A stretch of 63,864 bases of DNA, filler included, from Reticulomyxa filosa (GCA_000512085.1; 20 parts of 20 records of this genome joined end to end with filler, not necessarily neighbours in it), one strand, 5' to 3'. Numbered from the whole stretch's first letter, positions 11,888-25,142 are shown. Notes: generated from the letters alone by a model not told the origin. Numbers and translations: made by a program.

Positions 11888-12755
11888 AAATAAAGGATAT
11901 TCGATAAAGCTGATGGACTACGCGCCTTAAATGAACACGTCGCGAAAGCCAAACGCGAATATCGCGCTCATTGCAGAGACTATGTGAAGTGGAGCGTTCG
12001 CTATCAGTGCGAAGGGCTGGTCGACTTTTGGGACAAAGTCTTGTCACACACCAGCGAAAACAAAAAACATAGCCAACAGGGAGATACCACCGTTGGACTG
12101 TCTTTGTATATGGCCTTGGCGGATGTCAAGAAAATCTTGCAAACACATTTGGGAGACAGTTTTGTTCTTGCTTTTTGCCTTTATACTTTTTTATGTGTGT
12201 GTGTGTGTGCATATATTGCATACTCATATGTTTAATACATATATTAATTGCCATACAGCGAAATTGGTGAAAAAAACCGTCGATGGACTATTCAAACGCA
12301 TGCAAAAACACTTAAAACACAACGAATTATTACAACAATCGATGTGGCGTAAAATCACAGACTACTTCATGAAACGCTTCAAAAAAGTGAAGCTGGAATT
12401 AGAACGGGCTTATCGCGTCAACGATCTTATGCCGGTGAAAGAAGAGGAAGTCTATGACTTGTTTGAAAAGAAGAACTTGGAGGCATTCAAAATCAACTTT
12501 GATGAAACTTCATCCGTTGGCTCCTCCAGCATTGGTGCTTCTTCTGTCGCTTCTTCTGCTATCACTGGAATCACTAGAACCACCACCAAAACTGGCAATA
12601 AATTTCTCGGAAAAGATTATAACAAAGAACAAGGCAGCCACGCCCATAGCTCTCTCGGCTATGGCAGCAGTGCTCATACGCGTGACAGTCCGTCTTTGTC
12701 TTCCAAAGAAAGTGGTCCTGCAGTACACACACCCACAAATCTAACTTTGAGATAA
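11888..12755 (+). CDS. SEC3: Exocyst component Sec3/EXOC1-like C-terminal region, 5'-partial, 1 intron
   Basis: KLVKKTVDGLFKRMQKHL..ELLQQSMWRKITDYFMKRF..LERAY matches my recollection of the Sec3 C-terminus pattern (VKKGL..LYKK..KHL..LLQVVW). A Ser-rich tail follows. Confidence 0.6.
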
Positions 12756-13613
12756 ATACAGTATAGATAAACACATATTTCTTTTGTGCATTCAAAAGGG
12801 CTCATTCAAATTGTGGATAAAATCCCTCTTGTATTTATCCCGTGTGCGTGTGAACTCTTTTATTTTATTTTTTTTTGTGATTCCATCCGTCAGTACATTG
12901 ATTACTTCTTTTTTGTGGGAGGAGAGAAGAAAAAAGACAGCCCCATAACCAAATCTCCAAATACTCAAATAATTTTTAATTTGTGTTGCCCAAAAGCTAA
13001 TAAACTATCATTTCTGGATCCATTGGGATATGCTGAATCATTTGAAGATTTTTAAAAGTTTTTTCGGTGAAAAAAAATGCCAAGATTTGTAGAATTCGTT
13101 AATTATGCCTCACCTGGTAACTCTCTTAAAAAATGGTTTGCTTATTTTAATAAGCAACAATTAGTTTTGTTTAAAAAAACAACAGCAAATGATTGTATAT
13201 TCATCTTCCACTGATTAACAAAGTTAGTTGTTCAAAGTCTTATTGTTCTTTTTTTAAACAAGTTCGTTAGGCATTTGAGAGTACTCCTTCAACTAAGAGT
13301 GAAATTCAAATGAAACAAAAACACACAGACAAAACTACACTCAAAATGCTTTCTTATCACCAGATGATGTTCTTTTAATTAAAAAAAAAGGCCTCGGTTT
13401 CAAAAAAAAAAATTTTTTTCTTGGTTTGTTCTCGACTTGTTTTAATTTTTAATTCAGTAATGTTTGCTTGAAAGGAAGGAGAAAGTATCCGAGGATTGTT
13501 GCGAAGGTGCGAAATAATAATTGCGCAACTTTTTTTTTTGGGTTTTGAATAAATTAATTGGTTGGACGATCAAACGTCCACCAATTCCCAGTCATTCATC
13601 AGTTTGGGGAGAA

Positions 13614-15418
13614 TCAATCATCAGTGCAATCGAAGAAATAGTTTCCGCTGAGTTTCTGTTCTTGATCTTTTTGAGAGGCGTGCTTGTTGATTCTTGGTCT
13701 AAAGTTGTTTGGATCTCTTCGAAAAGTGACATCCAAGTTTTTCAAAAACATGTTCATTCCTTTGGTCAAGGATTGCGGGCGCATAGCTCGGGTGTTTTTG
13801 GCCGGAGTTCCATCAAACACAATGACACGATCCGCCAAATACGTGGCCATGATAAAGTCATGCTCAACAATGAATGCAGCTTTTTTAACGTGATAAATGT
13901 ATCGTTTGATAACCTTTGAGGCCAAAATACGTTGTTCACTATCGAGATATGCCGAAGGCTCGTCAATCAAATACAGGTCGGCGGGCGTTCCTAAAGCCAA
14001 CACCAAAGCGACACGTTGCAATTCACCTCCTGATAATGTCAACACTTTTCGATCATACAGCTCTTCAATGTGCAATGGCTTGACGACATCGGTTTGGAAT
14101 TGAGGATGCATGTAATTGCCGCGAATGCGTTTGTGGAGTAACTCAACGACAGTACCTTCAAAGTTGGGACTGATCTTTTGGGGTTTGTAGCTGACCTTCA
14201 ATTCCGGAATTTTGCACTCTTTTTCATCGGGGAACTCGAGTCCAGCCAACATTTTGACAAACGTGGTTTTTCCCGTTCCATTTTCGCCCAACATGACAAT
14301 GATTTGAGAATCTCGGAATCTGCCACCTTCGACGGACAAATGGAAAGAATCCAATGTCTTGGTCATGGTAGGATACGCATAGCCACCACTTCGTGCGTCC
14401 TTGTCATTTTCCTCCTCCTCTTCCTCTTCGTCTCTCTTTCTCGTTTTGGTCTTTGTCTTTGGCTGCGTGCTCAAATTCTTGGCATTCTCTTGGCCCTCTT
14501 TCTCTCCACTTTCGGCAATGCCGTCATCATTTTCGTCTGCACTTTTGCCCTTTTTGCCTTTTTTGCCTTTGGCCTTGTCATTATTATCCTTATCCTTGTC
14601 TTTATCTTTGTCCTCTTTGCCTTTTTGCTTATCGGCGCCTTTGCCCTTGTCCGAGTCTTTGGTTTTTTCTTTATCCTTGTCTTTATTGTCTTTGTCTTTT
14701 TCCTTGTCCTTATTTGCTTCGGCTCCTTTTTGGCAGCAGCGGCATCTTCTTTATCGTCATCAGCGCTGGTATCGGTCATTTTGAAGATGAGTTCAGTTTC
14801 TCGGAAGCGCATGTTTTCCGTGGGAACGTGTCCAGCCAAGAACACGTTGATGCCTTCACGCACGCCAAAAGGCATGGTGACGACGCCAAAGGCGCCAGGT
14901 TGTCCATAGAGCACGCACACATAATCGGACAAGTAATCCAAAATGGCCAAGTCGTGTTCCACCACAATGACGTATGCGGCTTTGGGTTTGCCTTCTTTTT
15001 TCATCCTTCGTCGCTCTTCTTCCGGACTCACCAAAGACCGGATCAGTTTGCCCGCCTTTAGTCTTTGCTTCACATCCAAGTAACTCGATGGCTCATCAAA
15101 CATGTACACGTCCTGGTCTCGTAACACTGCCGCCGCAATGGCAAAGCGCTGCAACTCGCCACCTGACAGCTTCGGCACCGTGCGGTCCAACACGTCGTGC
15201 AAATCCAGCGCAGTTATCACCTCGTCGTACACACCTCGCTCGTCTTTCTTCTTCAGGATCTCCTGCACCGTGGGCGTCCCTTTGATCTTCTTTGGAATGT
15301 GGTCCACGTACTGAGGCTTCATCACCGCCTTCAAGTCGTCTTCCAAGATGCGAGTGAAATAGTTTTGCAGTTCACTTCCGCGGTAATACTTTAAAATTTC
15401 TTGCCAATCTGGCTCATC
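13614..15418 (-). CDS. ABCE1: ABCE1/RLI1 ribosome recycling ATPase, 5'-partial, with a 1-nt frameshift at about 14727-14731
   Basis: [20 protein letters not shown], two LSGGELQR signatures, [32 protein letters not shown], Walker [25 protein letters not shown] and [15 protein letters not shown]. Confidence 0.97.
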
Positions 15419-17857
15419 CTTTATTTTTATTTTTATGTTTTTTTAAAAAAAAAAAAAAAAAAAAGGGGGTATGTGTTTGTGTTTGTATNNNNNNNNNNNN
15501 NNNNNNNNNNNNNNNNNNNNNNNNNNNNNNNNTTAATTAATTAANNNNNNNNNNNNNNNNNNNNNNNNNNNNNNNNNNNNNNNNNNNNAAAGCATAACAA
15601 ATAAAAATTGTATCAAAATATGAAATAAATTTCAAAATATTTTAAATATATTTTTTTTTATCGCATTGAACACGATTGTCTTTGTAATGATTCATGACAT
15701 AAATTCTTTCTATTTCGAATCGGAATATCATTTAAAAACTTAAAAATATTGTTAGCAATAGATATAATAAAAAGGAAAAGATATTTTAAATTTGAAAGAC
15801 AGACAGTAAAGTAAGAACAGTTGTTTTAATTAATAAATGCCCTTTGAAATAAGTTAGATTAATCCTTATAAAAATCTTGCTCCAAGTATGTTTGCATTTT
15901 TAAAAAATTCTGCCTTTTTTTGCTCGTTTCTTTTTCATCAGTTGTTTCATTATTATTTGTTTGTTTAAGATTTTTAAATGTCCAAATGCTATCTTTTCTA
16001 ATTATAATATCAATTTCATCAATTCAACAATTATTCAATGTCTCTTTTCACAATATTATATTCTAATTCAAGCCTTACATTTTTATTTCTAATTATTTAA
16101 AAATCTTTCTGTTCCAAATAATAATAATTTTGACAAAGAAGTCCTTTAAATGTCAGTTTTTCCATTTTTATCAATTTTTTTCTTTTATTCACTTTCACAT
16201 ATGTCGTCAACTATTTTGTATTCTATTTTAAATTCAAGTGAAAAAGACAAAAGTAAAATAATACACAATTTATTAATTTCTTTTTTCTTGTGGGCTCATT
16301 TTAGTACTTGTTTTTAAATGTGGTTTTGATGTTATTTTGTCTCTCGAATTAAATCATTTTACTGATTTAAATTGCATTATGTATCAATTATGATCAACAT
16401 AATCTTTTTGCTTATTGAACGTCGTAGAGTAATTTGTCTAAATAACATTAAGTATTTAATTTCTTCGATCAATAACATAAAAATGAATTGAATTCAAAAA
16501 CAATTTGATTATATTACTTGTTTTCAAATCTAAAAAAGCTGTTAAAGTAATTTTTTTGTTCAGGTCTCATCAATATAAGCTTTTTTTTTCTCTCAATGTT
16601 GTATATTTTGCTTTATTTAACGTAAGAAAAATTGCATAGAGTAAAGTAAATACAATTCCATTTTATAATATTTTTTAAATTGTAATTATATTCTATCGTC
16701 ATTACAATTTGCATACATTTCATTTATTGCTTTGTTAACGCAAACACAAAAAAAAAAAGTACGATGATTGTCACTTCTTTTTCAGAATTCCTGTTTTTAG
16801 ATTATGTGATATGCACTCTTTCTTTGTCTTACAAGTCTATCATTCAACAACAACAAGTCTGTATTTTATCACAATTATATAGGATGAGATTAAACGTTTG
16901 AAATCAGAAACAAAACAAAATGAAAAAATTTCGAAAATGTCACCGAAAAAAGAAATCAAAAATAATCAAATCCATCAAATAAATATTAATTAAATTTTGA
17001 TTAACATTTTAACATTAATCATTAAATGAAGATAATGTAATGTCTATATGAAATATTCTCTTTTTATACATTATACTTGCATTAAATGTAATTATATCAG
17101 TAATCATCAAAATAATTTTTTTGTAAATCAAATGTATCCAATACAATGATTGTATTAGTGCACTTCAATTCTAAACATAGAAAGAGATACCTTAAGATGA
17201 ACTATTCCTGAAATATTTAAGGATCTCTTTATCTGATTGCATTTTTTTGAATTATTGCTCGTTCATATTTTGATACAGGAGGAGATATTGTTTTTGATAA
17301 TGCACCCCGTTACCATTTTAACAGTTTCCCATTTTGAGTATTTTGATGCTATTTATCCAATGCGGCTTGATATATTTTGTTGACAAAATTGTCTAATGAG
17401 AATATATTTTCTCTTCTTATTGTGTTTTAATTGATAATAATTACAACATTCTTACTTTCTTGATGGATCAATATAATTCATTTCAAGTACGTTTATTTAG
17501 TTTCAACAAATCTTTGGTTTTCATTTTTTTTTTTTTTTGTTTCGTTGAAAATAATTAGTTCATTGGATCATGATAAATTTTTTTCTGTTTCAATTTTATA
17601 ACAAAAAATTTGCATTTTCATTTTAACCATAAGCATTATATTATTATATAAACTGAATAAGTAAAAAAAGATAATTTATTGTTTTAATATAATTATAAAG
17701 TTATAATCAATTTTTTTTTTCGTTCATTAAAAAAAATACAGATATTGCAAAATTCTATTTTTGAAGTCCCTTCATCGAACTTGAAAAAAAAAAGTTAAAC
17801 TTTTCCATTTTACATCATTGAAGACTAGCCAAACAAAAAAACAAAAGCAGTTGCAAA

Positions 17858-18080
17858 ATGACAGCTCATATCAACCATGAACAAATTTTACCTCAACTAG
17901 TGGTGGTAAGTTTTATTCCAAAGTTGATTGTCTTCAAGTTTTTATTGCATTCATTATGTGGACTTGTGATGAATTAGCCAGAGAAAAACAAAATCCAAAT
18001 TATTATCCAGCATTGGATTCGAATATTACACATTAAATTTGGATGGATCAATGATTTTGATAAATTGGTTGTCAATTATG
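17858..18080 (+). CDS. N-terminus of an expanded WD40-repeat family gene (3'-partial)
   Basis: Spliced MTAHINHEQILPQLVV|PEKNKIQIIIQHWIRILHIKFGWINDFDKLVVNY. I recall the IIQHWIR..GWI.DFDK motif from the expanded foraminiferan WD40 family. Confidence 0.55.
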
Positions 18081-18196
18081 TTACGTTTTTTTTTTTNNNN
18101 NNNNNNNNNNNNNNNNNNNNNNNNNNNNNNNNNNNNNNNNTTAATTAATTAANNNNNNNNNNNNNNNNNNNNNNNNNNNNNNNNNNNNNNNNNNNN

Positions 18197-19186
18197 CCAA
18201 TGCCAATGCCAATGCCAATGCCAATATCGATGCTAGTATCAATGCCAATGCTACTATCAATGCCAATCTGTCCAAGGACGATGCGTCTGCGAACAAAGTC
18301 AACAACAGCTTTCGAAGTAACACAAGCAAAAAAAGTAATTTGAGCAAAAAAGGCAATATCCCTCCTCCTCCAAATTCGGCTCTGCCACCGCTGCCGCAGC
18401 AAACATCACCAACAGATACTATGAGCACTACTACCTACACGAACACAAACGTGAACACAAACTTCACCGGCAACATCACTACCACCACAACTACCGCCAC
18501 TAACCCACCGCCGACGTCGCCTTCTTTTGGAGCCAAACAAGCAGCCTCTCAAAAAACTGATAATCCTAACACTTCGGTCAATCCTTCTCCCAATTTGGCA
18601 CAAGCAAAGCCTATTGCAATTCATGGCACCAGTACACGTAGCATCGCCACAACAGGTATATTTGTGTATATATGTATGATTTTTTTTTTTTTTTTTTTTT
18701 TTGCATCATATTTATATACGAATAGACCCAAAAAATAAAATAAAATAAACAGGAAGTGGTCAAAGCTATGGCACCAATGCGAGCAAAAACAACAATGCGT
18801 TCAAAGACTTGGAAAAACAAATAGTGACTCAGAAATTGACACCAGAAGCTGCGTTAATGGATGGAAGTAACACTCGCAGGCCGGGTCTGACAGTCATCGC
18901 TCAAAAGTACGAAGAAAATATCTCAAAAGGCCCGATTGTGGAAGAACAGCCGGAATTAGAAAGAGCAGTCAGCGATGCGGGCACAGAGCAACTCGGCCAG
19001 TCTTCCAGAGATGTATTCCAACAAGTAGGAACAATGGACATGTCCCATTTTGAAAAAAATGGATTGCTTGCAAATCCACAAACCTATCAAAGCACCTTAC
19101 CTGAGTCCTATGAAGAAGACTTTCAAAGATTGGGAACTTATGATTTAGATAAATTTGACGCCTTGAACGAAGACTCAAATCAATAA
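18197..19186 (+). CDS. Hypothetical low-complexity (N/T/P-rich) protein, 5'-partial, 1 intron
   Basis: Open frames 18197-18655 and 18753-19186 are joined by a GT-AG intron. No recognisable domain. Confidence 0.55.
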
Positions 19187-19875
19187 TATCTCAATCTTTC
19201 ATTTGCTATTCACATACTTTTTTATTATTGCAACATTTGCATATATGTTGCTTTTGTTATTTCGCAATTCTTTTTTTCTTTCTGTTCTAATAAAATTCCA
19301 CTTGTCATTTTTTTTTGTTGTTGTTGAATAAAATACATATTTGTTTTTTTTTTGGCAAAAAAAAAAATGATAACAATAATTAACAATACACCAATGTACT
19401 TCACTACCAATGGTGAAATGTATATTTTGTTTTGTTAAAATTGGTTGTAAGCATTACCTTAAAAGAAATTTTTTGGTTTCACAATTGCGCTGTACTGGGT
19501 TGTTTTTCAAGATTTCCATGCTGAAACTAAAAAAAACTCTCTCAAGCTTTACTTTTATTAAAAAAAAAAAAAAAGGAAGGAAAATGACACAAAGAAATAG
19601 GGATTCATTTTAATTTAGTTCTTGATCGCTTGCAACATAATGCCACAAATATAATGTTGTATAAAAAGTATTCAAACGCACGTACAAGGAAAAAAAAGTG
19701 AGTATGAAATATACAAAGATTAAAAGCGAATGTGTGTACACGATGTTTAATATTGGTTATGATAATTTATTTTACGTTCAAAAAATGACGAAAATTTTTT
19801 GTATGCTATTATTAGAGTAGAATTAATTGATGTGAAATGTCACAAAACAAGAGTTGTTAGTTGTTGTCATCATAT

Positions 19876-20737
19876 TTACCACTTCCACAATCGGATAGTA
19901 CGATCGTCAGAACAAGAAGCAATAGCTTTTCCATTGGATGAGCAATGAATAGTTGTGATTCCAGCGGAGTGTCCTTCCAACACTTGTAGCAGCATCCCTT
20001 TTTCAACATCCCATATGTGAATGATAGTACTGGACGCGGACACGACAGTGAGCCCATCTGGCGAATACCCGATGTCGCCTACCCCTTCTTCTTTCATCCG
20101 CCGAATTTCTGTGCCTAATTCCACGTCCCATATACGAATAGTTGAATCTTCTGAACACGATACGATAAATTTGCCATCTCCAGAAAACCGTGCTTTCATG
20201 ATAGCACCGGCATGGCCTTTGAAGATCCTTGTATTTTTGCCAGAGTCTACGTCCCATGTTCGAATGGTCCTATCGGCCGAGCATGACAAAAGCGTCAATC
20301 CATCCGATGAAAATTCTACGCAATTCACAGTGTCGACATGTCCGGAAAGCACTTTTATTCTGCTTGCAGACTTGACATTCCACAATTGAATGGTTCTATC
20401 CTCTGAGTATGACGCAATTGTTTGTCCATCCGGTGAAAATTGCGCGATGGTGATACGGTCTGTATGTCCATGGAAGCGTTTGGACTTTTTTCGAAGGTTC
20501 ACATTCAACAATCGGAATGTCGAATGATCGGGACAGATCACTACCAAACTCTTATCAGGTAAGAACTTTGCATCCAAAATATATTGAACTCCATCGAACA
20601 CTCGGGCTATTTTTCCTCGCGACGTGTCCCACACCTGGATTTTTCTATCGTCTGAACAGGACACTAGCTTCGTCCCGTCTTTCGAAAATTTTATTATCGA
20701 CAGCATTTTGCAATCCCATAACAGCACGTTCGCTTGT
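19876..20737 (-). CDS. WD40-repeat protein, last exon
   Basis: Repeated GH...FS.DG..I.S.S.D.TI..WD units over 283 aa. Confidence 0.95.
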
Positions 20738-20749
20738 CTGAAAAATTTA

Positions 20750-20791
<42 letters not shown>

Positions 20792-21014
20792 NNNNNNNNN
20801 NNNNNNNNNNNNNNNNNNNNNNNNNNNNNNNNNNNTTAATTAATTAANNNNNNNNNNNNNNNNNNNNNNNNNNNNNNNNNNNNNNNNNNNNTTTTTTTTT
20901 TTTTTTTTTTTTATGTCCCCCTTTTTTTTTTGTTTTAAAAAATTGAAACTTTTTTTAATATTCAAACATTTTTTATATTAAATATGTATATACATACATA
21001 TATGTATATAAAAG

Positions 21015-22122
21015 ATGCTGGCTAAACTTGGCCGTGGATTTAGTGACGTCGTGGTCTATCGCGAACGCATTTATTCGAAAATCGATCATTTAATGAGATT
21101 GGCCAGTGTGCCGGTGCTGACGGATATCGAAGTGGGCTTCATTGCCAATGACATTGAAGTGTATCCGTTCCCTGTCCCCGACTTGTTTGTGCACTCGCCG
21201 GTGGTGATTGCCGCGCGCTACAACACTCAGAACAAACCGCCCAAAAATGTGATCATCAAAGGGTTTGAGCCGAGCGGCGAACAAAAGGAATTTGTGGCGC
21301 CTGTCCTCGAAACCCCTCACTTGCCTGTCGACAAGATCTTTGTCAAAGAGAAGATTGATTTATTGACCGCACAAGCTTGGTTCTCCGACGACAAAAAAAT
21401 CGAAAATCAGGTCATTCAAGAGTCGGTCACACATTCCATCCCCAGCCAATATACCTCGTTGATTGCCTTTGAGACGCGTCAAGAAGACTTGGAAAGAAGA
21501 GGCTTGCTCAGTGACCAAGACCAAGACCAAGAAAAAGAGGAGGAGGAAAAAACCGATACTATCGTCAAATCCAAGAAATGGGCTATCGTTTTGTTTTTTT
21601 TTTTTTTTTTTTTATTACTTTTCTAATCTTTTTGTTTGATTGAATTGATTGGTTTGATTTGATTTGATTTGATTGGTTGGCTTGGACTCGGGATGAGGTC
21701 AGTTAAGGAATAACAAAGCCACTGTTGGCGCTTTAGCCATTGGAGGTACTGCCATTGCAATTGCAGCTACTGCTGCCACTTTTGGTGACGTTCAGGCCAC
21801 TTTTGATAACATTCCTGTGCTAGACGGTGGATTTGGCCTAGATTTGTTATGTGTTGGAACATTTTTTTTTTTTTTTTTTTTTTTTAGGTAATATGTGTCC
21901 ATCTGTTTGTGCAAGACAAAAGGATGCAAGGGTGCAGCGGGGGTTTTACTTCATTTTATTGTTTGTCTCACGCACACAAAAAAAAAAAAAAAAAAATGTA
22001 ACCATGGATGTTGCGAAGCTTGCGGTTTAGATTGTGGAGGTGGGCATGGCTGTGACCTTGACCCAAAATGTGACTGTGATTGCCACTGTGATTGTCCTGA
22101 GCCGAATTGCTCGATTATGTGA
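21015..22122 (+). CDS. VIT-vWA (inter-alpha-trypsin inhibitor heavy chain-related) protein C-terminal half with Cys-rich CaaX tail, 5'-partial
   Basis: PVLTDIEV..EVYPFPVPDLF..SPVVIAARY, SIPSQYTSLIAFE and TFGDVQATFDNIP. The final exon is CDCDCHCDCPEPNCSIM*. The last acceptor site is ambiguous. Confidence 0.65.
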
Positions 22123-22704
22123 CAGAACGTGCGGCGAGTACAGGACGCAAAGAAGGGAAAGGGGAAGGGAGCGGAAAAAAAAACCTTGTGCACAAATTTT
22201 GGGTCAGCAAGTTGTTTGATTTGATTTTTGGATGTAGAATTTGGATAAATAATGGACAACGCAAACTTCGCAAGTTTTTACTGTTCATATAATCGCAAGG
22301 CTTAATAGCGCCATCTTTTTCCAAAAAAGTGAAACAAAAATAAGTTGTACATTTACAATATGAACATTCTCATTATTAGTTTTGAAGACTTTATTGTTGA
22401 TTCTAACACACAAGTCTCAGTTTTGTCAATTTAGAACATTTGATTTAAACAGAAGGATGGCCACATCTGTATTTTTTCTCTTTCAACAATAACAAAAAAT
22501 AAAACAAAAAAGTACAACGTTTGAACTTTTTTCAGTGGCTCTGTTATTGAACTTTTGTTTCTGAATTGTCGTTGCTATTATCGTTTTTTTTATTGCAATT
22601 GAAATAGTCCAGAAACAAAAGTAAGTAAAAAGGATGAGATTTTTGTATTTTGTCCCGCATTGCGTCAAAATTTCGTAATATATATATATATATAAAAGAA
22701 AGAC

Positions 22705-23116
22705 ATGAGAGTGAAAGTGATGTTGCGACAAAGCGGCCGCAAGTTGGTAATTCCTGTTCCAAATACCTACTCAGTGGCGATGTTGAAGCAACTAGTGCAG
22801 CAACGTCTACGGCCGCATTTTGTGATATTGGGCATGTATGTGCGCCTGAGCGGCGAGGATTACGAAATGTTTGAGCAAGACTTGGTGGAGCACGTGCTGA
22901 AGGAAGACGACGTGTTGATTGTGAACGACGGGACGCCTCCAGCGTCAGTGCCAACCGGTTCGCAAGGTCAGCATGTGACGATACCAATTCAGCAAGTATT
23001 GACAGCACCGGAATTTATCCCCGACGGGTTTTCAGGACATTGGAAGCCAGATGCAGCGACTGGCCGTTCAAGTGCTAGTGGCAGTGGTAATAATAACAAT
23101 GACAACAATAACAATA

Positions 23117-23147
<31 letters not shown>
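22705..23147 (+). CDS. Protein with an N-terminal ubiquitin-like (possibly coilin-N-like) domain, 3'-partial
   Basis: MRVKVML..RKLVIPV..SVAMLKQLVQQRL..VLKEDDVLIV has a beta-grasp pattern. It runs into poly-Asn at the contig end. Confidence 0.55.
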
Positions 23148-23247
23148 NNNNNNNNNNNNNNNNNNNNNNNNNNNNNNNNNNNNNNNNNNNNTTAATTAAT
23201 TAANNNNNNNNNNNNNNNNNNNNNNNNNNNNNNNNNNNNNNNNNNNN

Positions 23248-24980
23248 TATGTATATATGTATATATGTATATATGTATATATGTATGTATAATATGTCGA
23301 AACGTGGTGGCAACACTTCATTCCCATAAAAGATTTCATACATAAACAGCGTGAATTCATCTCGATTGACGCCAATGATCATCGGGATGTCCGTGATGAA
23401 TTCTCCTTTTTCCCAAAGCCATTGGGGTTGGTCGGAAAACAGTCCGTCGATGCCTTGCACGGTGGGACTCCATGGCTCCACATCGTGAATTGTGTATTGA
23501 ATCTTTACACCACCCGCTATGAGCAAGTCCAATATATATATGTATATATATACATATATACATGTATACATATATGTATATGTATATAGATTACAAACAA
23601 ATAAAAATTAAATTGTTTAAAAAAAAAAAAAAAATAAAACCATCTTCTGCAATTCCTTGCGCTTGTAACAATACCTCACTGTCAGCGCTGCGCAGACAAG
23701 CGAGCTGCTGCTGTGCGGTGCCATTCAAGTTGCAACCCACCGCCAGGACGAACGACGGAGGCATGAACCCCCACGACTGCGGGTTGCGATACGGCACCGA
23801 CACGGGATTGCTCTCCATGATGGCTGCTTTGATTATGCTCTGCAACTGCTCGTCCTTGTCCACCGTCAGCAAATGCACCGACTGCGCACCTGCAGACTCC
23901 CCCGCCACAATTATCCGATTGGGGTCTCCACCAAACGCCGCAATGTTCTCATACACCCAAAAGATGGCTTTACACATATACATATACGTATACGTATACG
24001 TATACATACATACATACATGTATATATATATGTATATATGTATGTGCATATATAAACATGCTAAAAAAAAAACAAACACAAGAATCACCTTCCCTCTCTC
24101 CCCCCGTCCCCCCGTCCCCCCCTCTAGTTGAGCATATGTAAATGCAATGTCACTTACCTTGCTTTTGATCCAAATAGCCATAGTTGCCTATATATGCATA
24201 TACAAACATATACACATATATGTATACGTATATGTATACATATATAATAATAAGTATGTACATATGTTGGAAATAAAGTATCGATTTTTGTTTGTTTTTA
24301 TAAATATATATACACATATACATATATATGTGTATATGTATGTACATATATATAAATTAATTTTTTTTTTTTTTTTTTTTTTTTAAGCCTGATAAGCCCA
24401 AGTCTTCGTTGTAATAATAACCAAAAGCACCGAGACGATAATTGATGACGACAAATACCGTGTTGGTTAGGTTTGCCACTCGTGTTGCGTTTCCGACGAT
24501 TGCGCCGGCGTAATACATGATGAAAGATCCGCCATGGATAAATATCAACACTGGCACCTTTTCGTCGTGTCCCTCCGTCGGGAGTGGTGTGAAAATGTTC
24601 AAATATAAACAGTCTTCCGACTTCACCGCCGGACATAGCCACCACGGACCTTTTTTTTTTTTTTTGATTGGGTGAAGAAGCTAAGGCCTTGCAAGACACA
24701 CAACAGTGGACTTATTTCGCACGTAACTTGAGCAAGATTGCATACAGCCTGGAAGCTGCGTTTGTGCCAAATATGTCCCGTTCCAAGGCTTCACTGGCTG
24801 CGGTGCAGCAAACCGCAGATCGTTAACTGGAGGCGTTGCGTAAGGCACTGCCAAAAATTCTCTTCCCATCGTTGTCACTATGCCTTTCAATGCACCATAT
24901 TGAGTTTGAACAATGCTTATATCATTTTGTCCTAGAGCACAAAGCCAAAATAAACAAAGAGACGACCACACAAATCGCAT
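23248..24980 (-). CDS. Secreted type-B carboxylesterase/cholinesterase-family hydrolase, 3'-partial, at least 4 introns
   Basis: Signal peptide, [57 protein letters not shown], catalytic GESAG and IGVNRDEF. Confidence 0.93.
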
Positions 24981-25142
24981 TTTTTAGAAGATTATCTACG
25001 CAGAACGTCGCAACGTAAAGTTGCTTGGGTTTAACTTTGAAGAAGAACAACTTACCAAACATCATTTTTTTCTCACAAATGTAATATTCATTCTTTTTTT
25101 TACACACTCCAATATATTCGCATTTCGACATTGTTTTTTTGA

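Noticed and set aside
14178-15061. Long plus-strand hydrophobic or Cys-rich ORFs
   Set aside because: Antisense shadows of the low-complexity ABCE1 insert.
15589-17800. Extremely AT-rich stretch with coding-like fragments
   Set aside because: No frame survives and I could not assign a family. It is probably decayed pseudogene sequence.
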